DNA of 51,836 nucleotides, filler included, from Ionaspis alba (lineage: Eukaryota), in the NCBI GenBank assembly GCA_964255285.1. It is 2 parts of 2 records of this genome, joined end to end, with 100 filler letters (N's around TTAATTAATTAA, not from the genome) between each part and the next. Parts side by side here need not be neighbours in the genome. Positions count along the whole stretch, not along the records: positions 1 to 25,923 come from CAXUUL010000152.1; 1 more part is not named here. One strand, 5' to 3'. This document shows, one piece after another, positions 1-11,022 of the stretch (position 1 is the first letter of the stretch; each line of letters starts with the position of its first letter). Below the pieces are notes generated by a model. The model did no database searches. It saw only the letters and a list, made by a program, of their open reading frames with translations, and had not been told where the DNA came from. The translations under genes were made by a program, and so were the position numbers.

Positions 1-341
1 TGCAAATAAGTCCTGTTGAGCGTATTTTGGCGCAGTGGATAGATTTGCGTCTCGCCAACCGCGTGGTCGCTTATACCTGGACTTTAAGAGTCACATCTTC
101 CCGTCCTGTTTCTCTTCCCAAAGACCGTCCCGCTCTATTTTTCTCTTACGACACATATATCTCTTATGATTGCTTCTCTTTCACTGTCTTATCCCGTTCT
201 ATGAGTCGTGCTATTTCAACCAGTCGGCCATTACTCTAAATAAAAGAACACGTTATTGACGCATTGCTTGATCTTCAATTGCGTCGAAAAACGAAAGAAT
301 ATCGACCATTCGCACACCCATGAAGTCAGCCTTGCTCACAG

Positions 342-1370
342 ATGGATGAAATGCTCTGTTTGCCAATGTTCCGCAACACCGGATTCCCTTGCGATCCAAA
401 CGAAGTAGTCCTCCAAGCACATGTCAAGTCCGTCGCAGCGCTCTTAAACTCCGCAACTTCTGTCGCACCGCCTGGTGCACCCTTTGACACACATTTCCGC
501 TTTCTCGACCTACCGAGCGAACTGAGAAATCAGATCTATGATCTCGTTTTCACCGAAGCAGAGTTTCAGATCCATTGGCTCATGCACAGAAAGAACCTTT
601 GCTACCTCACTCTCCTATGTCCCCATACTCTCAACCCCGCAAGGAATGCCGCCATGAAGCAATATCGCGAGTATCTGCTGAGGACAGTTCCAAAAGAACG
701 GACTCGTCACTACCAACATGACAGTGAAAACCGCCGTGCTGCACGACCCGATTTTCAGTTGGACAAATTCGCCAGGTGTTCTCGTCGAATAGCACTGCTC
801 CTCACGTGTCGGCAAGTCAACGAGGAAGCCAATGCCATCTTTTATGGAAAACTAGCCTTTCACTTCGTTGATGCGGGCGTTCTTAACATGTTTGAGCGAT
901 CTCTCAGGCCCAGTACCAGAGCCTCAATCCGAAGATTGAGGGTTCTGTACGAGCCGCGGTGGTCAGATGGTTGGGTGGATGTGAATGATTGGTCGCGGGT
1001 GTGTAGGACGGTGGTAGAAGAATTCGCCGGATTGGAGGAATTGAATCTGCAAATTGGGCTCCATTGCAACTCGTGGGGTGGAAGGTATGAGGATGAAGAG
1101 ACTTGTGATATGTGGGCTACCCCATGGATGCAGTTTAGAGGTCGAGGATTACAGAGAGTTGCGATTCGAAGCAACAGATGGGGCTTGGGGTGTGGGAAGG
1201 TCTCAACAATGTCGTTGAAGCAGGAGATGTTGAGCAGTGCTGGGGATGTGGTTGAGCATACTGGAGAGTGGCCAAGAATACACAACGAGGACGACATTGA
1301 GAGGGAGATTGTGCTGGACAACGACTGGCCCGATCATTGTTGCACAAAGCCGCAAGCGCTTCAAGCATGA
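342..1370 (+). CDS. F-box-like uncharacterised protein (FLDLPxExRNxIY family, DUF7730/2EXR-like), copy 1
   Basis: Intronless 342-aa ORF with FRFLDLPSELRNQIYDLVF and LLLTCRQVNEEANAIFYGKLAFHF, followed by IRRLRV and FAGLEELNLQI repeat-like segments. Confidence 0.8.
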   Translation: MDEMLCLPMFRNTGFPCDPNEVVLQAHVKSVAALLNSATSVAPPGAPFDTHFRFLDLPSELRNQIYDLVFTEAEFQIHWLMHRKNLCYLTLLCPHTLNPARNAAMKQYREYLLRTVPKERTRHYQHDSENRRAARPDFQLDKFARCSRRIALLLTCRQVNEEANAIFYGKLAFHFVDAGVLNMFERSLRPSTRASIRRLRVLYEPRWSDGWVDVNDWSRVCRTVVEEFAGLEELNLQIGLHCNSWGGRYEDEETCDMWATPWMQFRGRGLQRVAIRSNRWGLGCGKVSTMSLKQEMLSSAGDVVEHTGEWPRIHNEDDIEREIVLDNDWPDHCCTKPQALQA

Positions 1371-1726
1371 ATGATAATAGACGAGTGTAGATCTAGGAGG
1401 ACATAACCAAGCAATGCTATGATTGGAGTCGATTAGATCGGAAAATAGAAGGATCGTCGGTCGAGCTCATAGCTATATCAAACGAGCTGCGTTCGGTACC
1501 GTTGAATGGTCCAATCATTGCTATTAATCGAATTTCTATAGTTTCACGTAAATCATAGTGCTTCGGATGACTTTTGTGTCACAAACGTGGTATTGGCGGA
1601 TGTTAACGGAGAAGTGGGGCTAGTCCTGGCGGATCACGTCGAGTCAACCTTCTCCAAGATGCAGACTCCTGCATCACCAGCTGTGGCTCGTATGAGCTTA
1701 CAGCACATCTTAATCCGCATGGCATC

Positions 1727-2991
1727 ATGGTCGTCTTACTCGATCTTGATGTGGGCACCCATGATCCGTTCCGAGATCATGGTGAAGGGTTCGTCTTCAA
1801 CGACACAGTACGTCATAAAGACGGAAATGAATTGAGTGGAAGCTATGATAAGAGCAATGGCGCTGGGTTCGAGGACAACGAGAGACCAAATCCCAATATT
1901 AATGGCTTCTCTGCTTCGTTGGCGTGCTATCCGTCAGTTCCTACACTTCCGTCCTCTGAGCACACCTGACAGTCTCAGCATTGTCACTCAACTCGCCCGT
2001 TCCCTTGACTTGAACAGCCTCCACGCCTTATCTCGCACTTGCCGCCAATTTCGTGCCAATCTCCTCCAGTATCGGAAGCAGCTCGTGACTCAGACTCTCC
2101 GCTGCGTGAACGAACCAGATACTAGTGGCCAACACGATGCCATTCGAGAAAATGATCTGTACAGGACATGGCATATCTCCGGTCACCGCGGTATCAGACT
2201 TGGCCGCATCATAACCGGTAAATTTGGGGCTTGTGCGAGAGATATGGTGGCGGATTGTCGGCGGTGTGGGACTACGGTTTGCAGAGTAAGGGCACTGCAA
2301 AATCTGCTATTTATGAGGAGACATCGATCCGTGCTCACCACTCCCCTAGAATTGCACTATGAAACCGCCTTCCGCGATCTTTCTTCCGAATCGCCACCGC
2401 CGTCTCTGTTCGGCCTGCCTTGCCGCACCATCTTCTGCCTTGACGGATCCTGCGGGTGTGATCTCCGGCACTCAAGCTTTCACAGCCCCTGCGTTTTTGC
2501 GAGAACCTTGTTCCTGTCCAGAAGCCGTTTACCTCTGCCAAACATGCGGTCACATCCTCTCCAATTCCGACACGACTTACAAGCGTATCTGGACCTGGCG
2601 AACGCGCTACAGTACCTACCTTGGAGGTCTCGGCACCGGTATCGGCGAGGGCAACGAGGGTGTCAAATGCGGGCGTGGAAGCAATTGTCTCGGAGCGCTG
2701 GACATAGAAATGGAGATCGATTGTATGGCAGATGACAGTGCGGCTTCGGAGACTGATATCGAGGATTCGGCAACCGATGAGAGTGAGAAGGCGGGATATT
2801 TGAGGCAGGAGATCGAAGGAATTGGGGGTGTGGTTAAGAAGAAGGTTAAGAAGAGAGTCAGGGTTGGGAAGACGGTAAGGGAATTCGAGGATGAGAGGGA
2901 GAGGGCGGAGCACTTGGGGCGGGAGGTACGGGGCGAGAATAGGAGTTGGTGTGGGTGGTGCGATAGGGTGGTGCTTGCATCAAGCGAGTGA
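1727..2991 (+). CDS. F-box-like, cysteine-rich (multiple CxxC) conserved fungal protein; 3 exons
   Basis: Introns 1933-1978 (GTCAGT..CTGAC..CAG) and 2286-2349 (GTAAGG..TAG) join three ORFs in frame: ..LACYP/IVTQLARSLDLNSLHALSRTCRQFR..CRRCGTTVCR/NCTMKPP..CSAC..CQTC..CGWCDRVV. Start codon less certain. Confidence 0.8.
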
Positions 2992-5654
2992 GATAGCATT
3001 GGGAGGCTGTTCAGAGGTTTTTGGGAGTTTTCTGCCAGACACACCACCGAGAATTTGTCAGCTTGCTCTTGGGACATGATTTATGCTTCATCCAGAAAGG
3101 CTTGAAGAATGATTTGGGGTCCCTGGGAAGTTCGCTAGGAAGATATCGGATCGTAATTGAGAGGTACTAAAGAGTCATGGTGAGCCCAGATTAGTGTTCT
3201 ACCAGAACAATCGATGGATAAGACAATTTCTGGAGGTCAAATCGGTGTTGGTATTGCAGATTATCTCCGCAATGCGGTTTAACATGATGCTGCGAGCTTC
3301 GGAAAGTTTATTAGCTCAATGTAGATCTGCCATGTAATACACTACTGTTCTATGACTAGTCCCTGGACTAAGAGTGGCAAGGAAGCGTGCTGCTATATCA
3401 ATACCGCCTTACATTCTACGCTCTTACGTGTGTTAGAGAGTACAACGGAATGATCGAAAACGCTACCTGCCGATAGGGTCTCCTGCTACAAAACCTAGGG
3501 CTTGAGCTAAACATACCGTGAATAGCCGACCACGTGCTGACGTTACATGGATCCTTTAGCGCGGCGCCTCAGCCCCGACTTCCAGAATTTAGAACCCCAT
3601 GGTTCTCAACAACATCAAGGCTACGACCATCAGTGTAAGATCTTAGTTGTATCAGGCAGAGAGCCTTCCGCTAGGCCGGTCCGATAGTGAGGTGGGCTGG
3701 CCGCACTCTATCCTTGTTTTGACCACTTCATGCTTCTTGTCGGAGCCGATACTGAGCAAGGCAACAACAATGCTTTTGCCTCACTCGTAGGCTGCCCGAA
3801 CTGAGGCTGAGACTTTCTCATAGTGCATTGTCCAGTTCCGGGCTCTCGCTGTGATTGGATGAATGCAGTTTAATGCTTATTGCAGGTTGCATTCACATCT
3901 CTTTCGACCTTTCTATTTTCATGACATCAGCCGTGGTATTTTGCCTTGCTTCGCCTTCCGCCAGCCGTCTGTGATCATTCCACCATTTTCTCCATGCATG
4001 TACTATTCGGTTTCCCGCTATTTTCACATGCAGCAGATTATTCTGCACTTCTGCTTTGCCGCTTTCCATGCGGCTCATTCGCCTTAAGGCAAATCGGGCG
4101 TACCACGCTAAGCTGAACTGCCAGCACCTTTCGCATTAGAATATCGAGACGAATCAATCAGCTTGGAGAATGCTTTTCCTTGTGTATCAATAGTGCGAAG
4201 GCTGTGTATATGTGATAAGATGAAGAGTGCCCCACCATTTGCCTTTCTGCTTTCCCGGGCGTTCTCAACCGGGGAGAAGGATCCTCTCTGTAGGAGAATA
4301 CCTCAACTATTCAGCCTATATTCAGGCATTCGGCGGATACCGGTCATTTCAGAAGAGGAGTAGGTACTTTGCAACCACCATGACCGATAACGTGCTGACG
4401 GTCTTTGTATAGAGCACCTCCCTTGGCAATCGTCCGCCTTGTCACGCCTCTGAACGTTACCACGAGGTTGTTGTTAGGTCGAACGTTGCCTCGCTCATCA
4501 ATCTGGCTAGGTCTTCTTGTTGCGGCTCACAAGCAGAGCATGGGACATTGTTCACCCAAATGGTACCACCAAGCCATTCGGTACCCTAACGACTCAGCCG
4601 ATACATTGAGGACTCACGCCAGACCAGGAACTGAGACTAGTCCACCTTCAGAGTGAGGCGGGCTGAGTACGTTATGGACCGGAGCGTCAATGGCCAGTCC
4701 ATCAGCCCTGACCGTTTGTCTCCGGTCTCTGCAGCCCTGCATCTTTGTAGTCCATACGGCAAACAACACAGGGTAATATTCCCGTCGCTTCGTTTGTCTT
4801 GATACTTGACCATAGCACAAGGCTTTCTTCATAAGCTATATGGCTGTCATAGCCAGACTATGCTTATTAACTACCTATGATTTTTGTACGGTTGTCTTTT
4901 GTGTTTACTAAAGGTCGTCGTTACATTTCACAAGATTTGGACAACACAGAAACAAAAGAGATTCTTTGGAACAATTTCTTGTTATAATCATCAAAAGCCG
5001 AGGTCTCTATTGGTTGCCGAATGAAGACCGTTCTTTCAGCCTCCTCTTGCTAGGATTGCTTCTGCCATGGGACCGCAACGCGGCAACTAGGCCACCTCTG
5101 ATCTGGTAGGATCGAAGGTGTGGCCTTGTGGGCGTTACCACGTTGTTGAAACGCCTCAGGGCCGCCAATCAGATGTGTGCTTACTTTTCGTAGATCCTGC
5201 TTCAGATCGTCTGCCTTTGCCCGAGATTCATCTTTCTAGGGGTTTAAACTCATTTGGGTGTGACACTCCAGAAGTGGAGCGGAGATTCGGTTTATGAACC
5301 TGTCGGGACACTTTTCAGTACTGGTAGGGCTTGTTTTGTAGTGCGCACGGTATGAGCATCTTTCCTTGAAGCTGTAGCGCTCGTCTTTTCTTTCCGCCTC
5401 GAGAAGTCTATGGCTATCATCAAATCATCCATCGGGCCATTCTGACCATTGGTTGAAAGGTGCGTTGTCGCCTTAGTTGTCCGAACTGGTAGAGTCTACC
5501 TGAGGACTGTGGAAGAACACGCCAAATGTCTCAAAGTCGTGCTATATGTCCGTCATTCCCCGAGCAGATCATTCGGCATTAGCACCGCTTCCCTACATCG
5601 GCATCTGGACAGAGTTTCTCCTCGAGTACGTCAACCGATTTGGCATCGTTCCCC

Positions 5655-6803
5655 ATGGCTTCTGCTGGCCACAGTTCATCAAGACGTTCGAAGATGTCTT
5701 CGAACGACAACCAATATGTAAGCTAACACATTGGCGTCCACGGATACGTTCCTCATGCATTTGGTAGGCGTCCATCTCTGGACCTCAATACGCACCTGTG
5801 AACCCAATTACTAGCCATACGAACGCCTATTACTCATCCTCCGGTGTTCCTATGGCAAGCATTGGTTCTCAAGAAAGCTACAGCTCCTACAGCTCCTATG
5901 GCAGCTCTTACAACTCCAGTTCGACCTCTCCAACGTTCACACCCGACTCTTCTAGCAGCTCCTATGAAGCTGATATGATGTCGTCAACGTTTCCATTTGG
6001 ATACCAGAACCATTACGACAGTTCCTACGAACCAGGATTGACGTCTCCAATGCTTTCGCCTGGCTCATCGACCGTCCGCGGAGGCAGCTCCCTCGAGTCA
6101 AGTTTGGCATCACCCAACTTCTCAACCTGGTCTTCAACTTCGTATGGAGGCAACTCATTCGAATCAGAGCCGAAATCCCTATCGTTCCCTTCCGGCTCCT
6201 CGGGTGTATACGAACTTAAAAACCAGCTACATCTCGACCCATACGTAGCACAGTTTTCTTCGGAAATCCAGCCGTCGCAGACATGTTCTGACGCTTACAC
6301 GTATGAAACTCTACCAGAAAACTTTCATAACGAGAATGTCTCAAGAATTTTCGACCCCAAGAGAAACCAGATTCATGCAGTCAGCGTTGAGGTGTGTAAA
6401 TCCGAGACCAAGAAGTAAGTCCTATTTAAACCATGCCAATCTCTATATTGGATGCCAACATAAAACGTGCTACTAAATTTGGGTCGTTAGGAACTCCTAT
6501 TCGTTTCCGTGTCTCCTCGAAGGTTGTCCGTCCGCCAAAAAGGCCAAATTCGCTCGCCTGGCAGATCTTCAGCGCCACTGGCGGACAGTCCATTTCCCTC
6601 AGCCAACAGATTGTCCGCACGGATGGTGTGGGCGAGTGGGTGATCGAGGTTTCACTCGGAAGGACCATTTGAACGAGCACCTTCAGAAGTTCCATGTTGG
6701 CAAGTTTGAACCGAATCCGCCTCGTGAATCGAAGCATCGTCGTGACGTGGCGGCCTCAGAGGTGGATACGACCCCTGAGCGAAACATGTATGTTCGGAGG
6801 TGA
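5655..6803 (+). CDS. C2H2 zinc-finger transcription factor with Ser/Tyr-rich N-terminus; 3 exons
   Basis: ATG 5655, introns 5718-5767 (GTAAGC..TAG) and 6415-6490 (GTAAGT..TAG). Last exon translates to FPCLLEGCPSAKKAKFARLADLQRHWRTVH and DCPHGWCGRVGDRGFTRKDHLNEHLQKFH (two fingers), stop TGA 6801-6803. Confidence 0.85.
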
Positions 6804-7786
6804 TGATCCAAGAGCAGCAGGCGTCTGATATCTCCCTCACTGAACGTTTCGTGGTCTTATTGTCGATGTGACTTAAGGAAATGGTGTTTGTGTTTCTTGA
6901 AGGTGGTCTTCCTTATCAGTCTTTGATCATATGGCGCAGGAGCAGGGTGTATGATGATCGGCTAGATAGAGGGTAGTGGACGGATTTGTGGGTTATTTCT
7001 TGTGGTATTCGTAGGGACTGGATAGACTGTACGGGTACAGCAGAGGGAGGCGACCATGGATATGGCTTGCCGCAGTCACGGAACAACCTCGGCAAGGTGC
7101 ATTCGCTTAGAGTTTGGCACTCGGAGTTGGTTGTTGTGTTTATTGCTTTCCTATCATGCGTCGATCCAGTCGAGATGTTGCTTGCTCTGGCGTTCCGGGT
7201 CCCTGCATTTGAGTACCCTCATGTCTTATTAGCAGTTTCATGTTTCCAAGTATCGGCACGGACAGTTGCAATTTCAACATTACTTTGCCAAGTACTCAAC
7301 GCGATTTCTTGCGACATTCAGACATTGACCTGCGATGACCTGCGGTATATTTGATGTTGAAATCTCTCATAAACCGAAATCATTTGCAGTAGTCAATTTA
7401 GCGATATAAATACTATGCTTTGGAGCCTGCCCCGAGAATGGAAACAGACAAATCAGAAAACCGGAAGAAGAAAAAGCAGAACATGTGGAAAAGCGGGAAA
7501 GAAAACTGAACGACGCGTATAGTAACTCCGGAATAGGTGAAACACTCTAACCAAAGAAATCTATTCCTTTCCTCCTTTGAAAATGCCTGTCGGAAACAAA
7601 AAAAAGCACGGGTGAGAAAAGAAGGGAAAAGGAGAAACGCCCGCTCATGCTTGCCATGCCAATACTAACACAAGTCTCAGAAAGTGTACTTTAGTGCTCT
7701 ACCCTCGCTTTCGAAATGCCCAAAGGAACTTGAATTATTGGAAGTCGAAAGTGAAGCAGAAAAGAGTGTAAGGAGAGATAAGTTCT

Positions 7787-8499
7787 CTACTGCGACTGGA
7801 TCCAGCCGAGTATAGCCGCCAGACTCGGGTCCTGATCCAGCCAGTGCCGGGCCTGGTAGTCTTTGGCGCGGAGCTCGCTGACGATGCGGGCGTCGGTGAT
7901 AGTCGCCAGTTCCTGCAAATAGGTATCAGCGCCAGGACTCAAGGTATGAGGGACATGTTGGGATGTAAAGGAGCACCCACCGCCCTCAGCGCGTTCTCCG
8001 CTTGCTGCAATGCCGCCGTGTGTCCCGCATGCGGCTTTTGCCCTTGAAGAATTTGGCGCCGTGTATTGATCCAGCGCATTGCCGCCACGGCACGGAGGTA
8101 GATTTTCTGGACCCGGAAACGTCGAGCGCTGGCATCGAGCATGATCCTTTACATCTTGTCAGTCAATTCCACTGGGCATAGTTTCGGTGGTTCGTACCGC
8201 TGGAGTTGCCGTTTGGTTTGCTCCCCGGTACTCGATGGCGTTTGCAAGACACCCGGGTCGAAGTGCGTCGAAAGCACGGCTTGCGCCTCAGCATGACATT
8301 GGCGAAGAATTCCAAAGCCCGCTTCGTGGTACTCGCTGGCGGAAGGTGTGACTTGGTATTGGGAGATGCGGAGCTGGATTGTGCGGAAGTCGTTCATGAT
8401 CTCAGCCACTCTCATGGCACGCGCGTCGTTGACTGCGATAGTATCAGTGATCTGACATCTGGTGGTATCGGTCGAGGGGCAATTACGTCCGTCTGCCAT
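7787..8499 (-). CDS. Uncharacterised helical protein, about 197 aa; 3 exons
   Basis: ATG 8499 (repeated at 8654 by the overlap artefact). Introns 8147-8197 (GTACGA..AAG) and 7913-7980 (GTGGGT..CAG) give MADGRN..RVAEIMNDFR..LQR/IMLDASARRFRVQKIYLRA..ALRA/ELATITD..DPSLAAILGWIQSQ*. Confidence 0.75.
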
Positions 8500-8660
8500 T
8501 TTCGANNNNNNNNNNNNNNNNNNNNNNNNNNNNNNNNNNNNNNNNNNNNNNNNNNNNNNNNNNNNNNNNNNNNNNNNNNNNNNNNNNNNNNNNNNNNNNN
8601 NNNNNTCTGACATCTGGTGGTATCGGTCGAGGGGCAATTACGTCCGTCTGCCATTTTCGA
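8451..8660. other. 100-N scaffold gap (8506-8605) flanked by an exact 55-bp duplication
   Basis: 8451-8505 is identical to 8606-8660 (tctgacatctggtggtatcgg...ccattttcga). Confidence 0.9.
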
Positions 8661-9639
8661 GGATACTTAGGAGTTCGGTGTTGGTGATAATGGAGCTGAG
8701 AAACGTCGTTGTTTGCTGGTGTCCCAGGTTCTGTTTATTAAGGAGAGACTGCTGGTCTGCGAGTAATTGTTGAAGTGTGCGTCTCTGCTGCTGTTCCATC
8801 GCCAACTGTCTCCGCATCGAGTCTTTATATTCCCCAGAGCATCATCGTAGCTGGCAACCTTTTACAAGGCTGTCTGTCAACCGTTTTCTTTGAGGCTCTC
8901 GTGGCTGGCTGATCTTGGCGGGTAGCAGAACGACAGCCGTTGAATGATGCGCTGATGTGATGGCGGCCATTGCTGCAAGAAATTGAAGAACACCATCATA
9001 CTAGGCCGACCGGTGGCCTTGACAGCTGGAAAGCAATCGACCCATAGGAGTGGGTGGAGGAGGACCACGCTTGTCAGCCAAGAGATATGCTCAGCTTAAA
9101 CGCCACAAGCGTAATCCTTAACCGAATAAGGACAAGCGCAGCCGCAAACACGTGGCTAACGAGCAGAACCGCAACAGAAAAAGGAACTTGTCGCAAAAGA
9201 GCAAACAGAAGCTGAAAGACCTAGCGCTGAGTGGGTCAAAATCACTACACCAACGCTCTGCACGCTGTAGCTAAAGTTAGTATACCAGTTCTTCGGGACA
9301 TCGTCTGTACCTGCATTCCCAATCCATCCAAGCCGCACAACTCGCTCAATACTTCCCTCTTAAGCCACACAAGGGCAGTGCACAGCATCGTCTGCCAATC
9401 GATAATAATCCACTGACTCGGGACCTGATCACAAATGCGCCACGCTGTCGGAAGTCTTGATTTCTATTCGACGGCTAAAGGTACAAATTGGAGAAAGTGG
9501 CAAGCCTATTCAGCATCAGTCGTACTTGATTCGCCAGCATAATCAGGAGTCTAGGACCCCTGTAGAGCGTCCGAGTGTCCTTGCTCTCACCTCGCTGATT
9601 AACGCCAAGTCCATAAAGCTCTGATTATTGCACCTGCTA

Positions 9640-10699
9640 TCAATCCTTCTCACTGATAGACTGTAACCTTTCCTCGATCTCATCCTCGCTCAGCGCTCTA
9701 AATGCCGGGTCCGAACCATCCTTACTTCCGGATTTAGGTCCACCCACGATACCGACCTCCAATTCGCCCTTCTTGAAGTCGACGCTTAGCACTGTGCTCA
9801 ATGTTGATATCCCTAACTCAACCACGTCCTCCCAGCTCCCTTCTGCATACTCTTTGTTCTTCAGCTTCTTCTCAAGATGATTGAGAGCCTCTTGTTGCTT
9901 AGGTCCGGAAGCCGTGGCCTTACATCCGACATAGTACCCTGCAGGATCACATTTGTAGAGCTGAGGACCATACTCAGAATCAACAGATATCAGCGTTGTC
10001 GCAACCCCCAAAGGTCGCATGTAGGCCTTTGCTCGTCAGCGGCGGCCTGCTGGGTGAGGGCCATGCGGCAGCCACTTACTCTTTGAGTATAAACCTGGTT
10101 GATGTTTGCCAGGCGTTTGGCTAGGACATCGCAAGGCATCTCGTATCCATTCTTGTACCTGAATTCGGCAGCTTCACCTCGTGCCCTATTGACAGATGCT
10201 CGAGCATCTGCTATGGATCCTGTCATCACACAGCCGACAGACGGTGAGAGTCTGAAGATATGAGAGACAGATGACGGGTCGATCAGCTTGTCCTAGAAAC
10301 GACGGAAGCATCAGTATCAAGCCGGGCTGATAATGTGAATTCCCCTGAACTTACGGGGACTTTCTTTTGTGAGAGCACCACCGCACAGTCCTTGCCTCGC
10401 ACTCCCACCGACATGATATTCGCCGCAGTGATCGCTTTAAATGCATATTCTGGTAACCTCAAGGAATTAGCCTTCGGAGTTGCCTCGTTCGCAACACATT
10501 TGCTAGAACAACAAGTGTCTCTTCGCAGTGACACAGATGACCAAAATCCCGAGTAAGGGCACGAACCGACTTGATATAATCTTCCTTGATCAGAGAAGAT
10601 AGTTATATGCCGGTCATAACCAGCGCTACCTATATGTTTGAAGGTCTGTCAGCTTTCGGTGCTGCCGGTCCAACAGAGCTATAGCTACGAACCTGACAT
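9640..10699 (-). CDS. SCL1: 20S proteasome subunit alpha-1 (alpha type-6); 5 exons
   Basis: Spliced product [86 protein letters not shown]; classic alpha-1 signature, canonical introns (e.g. 10630-10692, 10450-10566). Confidence 0.95.
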
Positions 10700-11022
10700 C
10701 CTGAAAACTGCCCGAGGCACAAAATCTGACCAATAGGACCGCAAGTCGAGCTGTTGCTTGAATTTCTGAACCTCGGTATTGAATCTGTACAAGTCGTGAT
10801 CAAGCGTTGGAAGATTGATGGATTCAAAATGTATCTAAAGCGGACGCGTAGTTTGGAGAAGCCTTGCAACTTGGAGCTTGAGTTTCGGCCGAAGGCCAAA
10901 CGGACTCCCCGAGACGAATAGGGCTGCGTCTCTGGCAGCGAAAATGGTTGTTGCAAAATCCACCTCGGTAAGTAACACCTGCTTCTATTCTCATACCAAC
11001 AACAATGCACATCTCATAGCAT

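Noticed and set aside
1587..1932. In-frame ORFs 1587-1835 and 1836-2735 separated by one TGA (readthrough or pseudogene?)
   Set aside because: The real first exon is in the 1727 frame and is joined by intron 1933-1978.
5762..5770. TGG-TAG-GCG between in-frame ORFs 5546-5767 and 5768-6418, resembling a fungal A-to-I-edited premature stop
   Set aside because: The TAG is the acceptor of intron 5718-5767, which joins ATG 5655 in frame. No editing or readthrough is needed.
10450..10566. 117-nt SCL1 intron as a possible stwintron or snoRNA host
   Set aside because: Standard single splicing restores the frame; no convincing internal branch site or C/D boxes.
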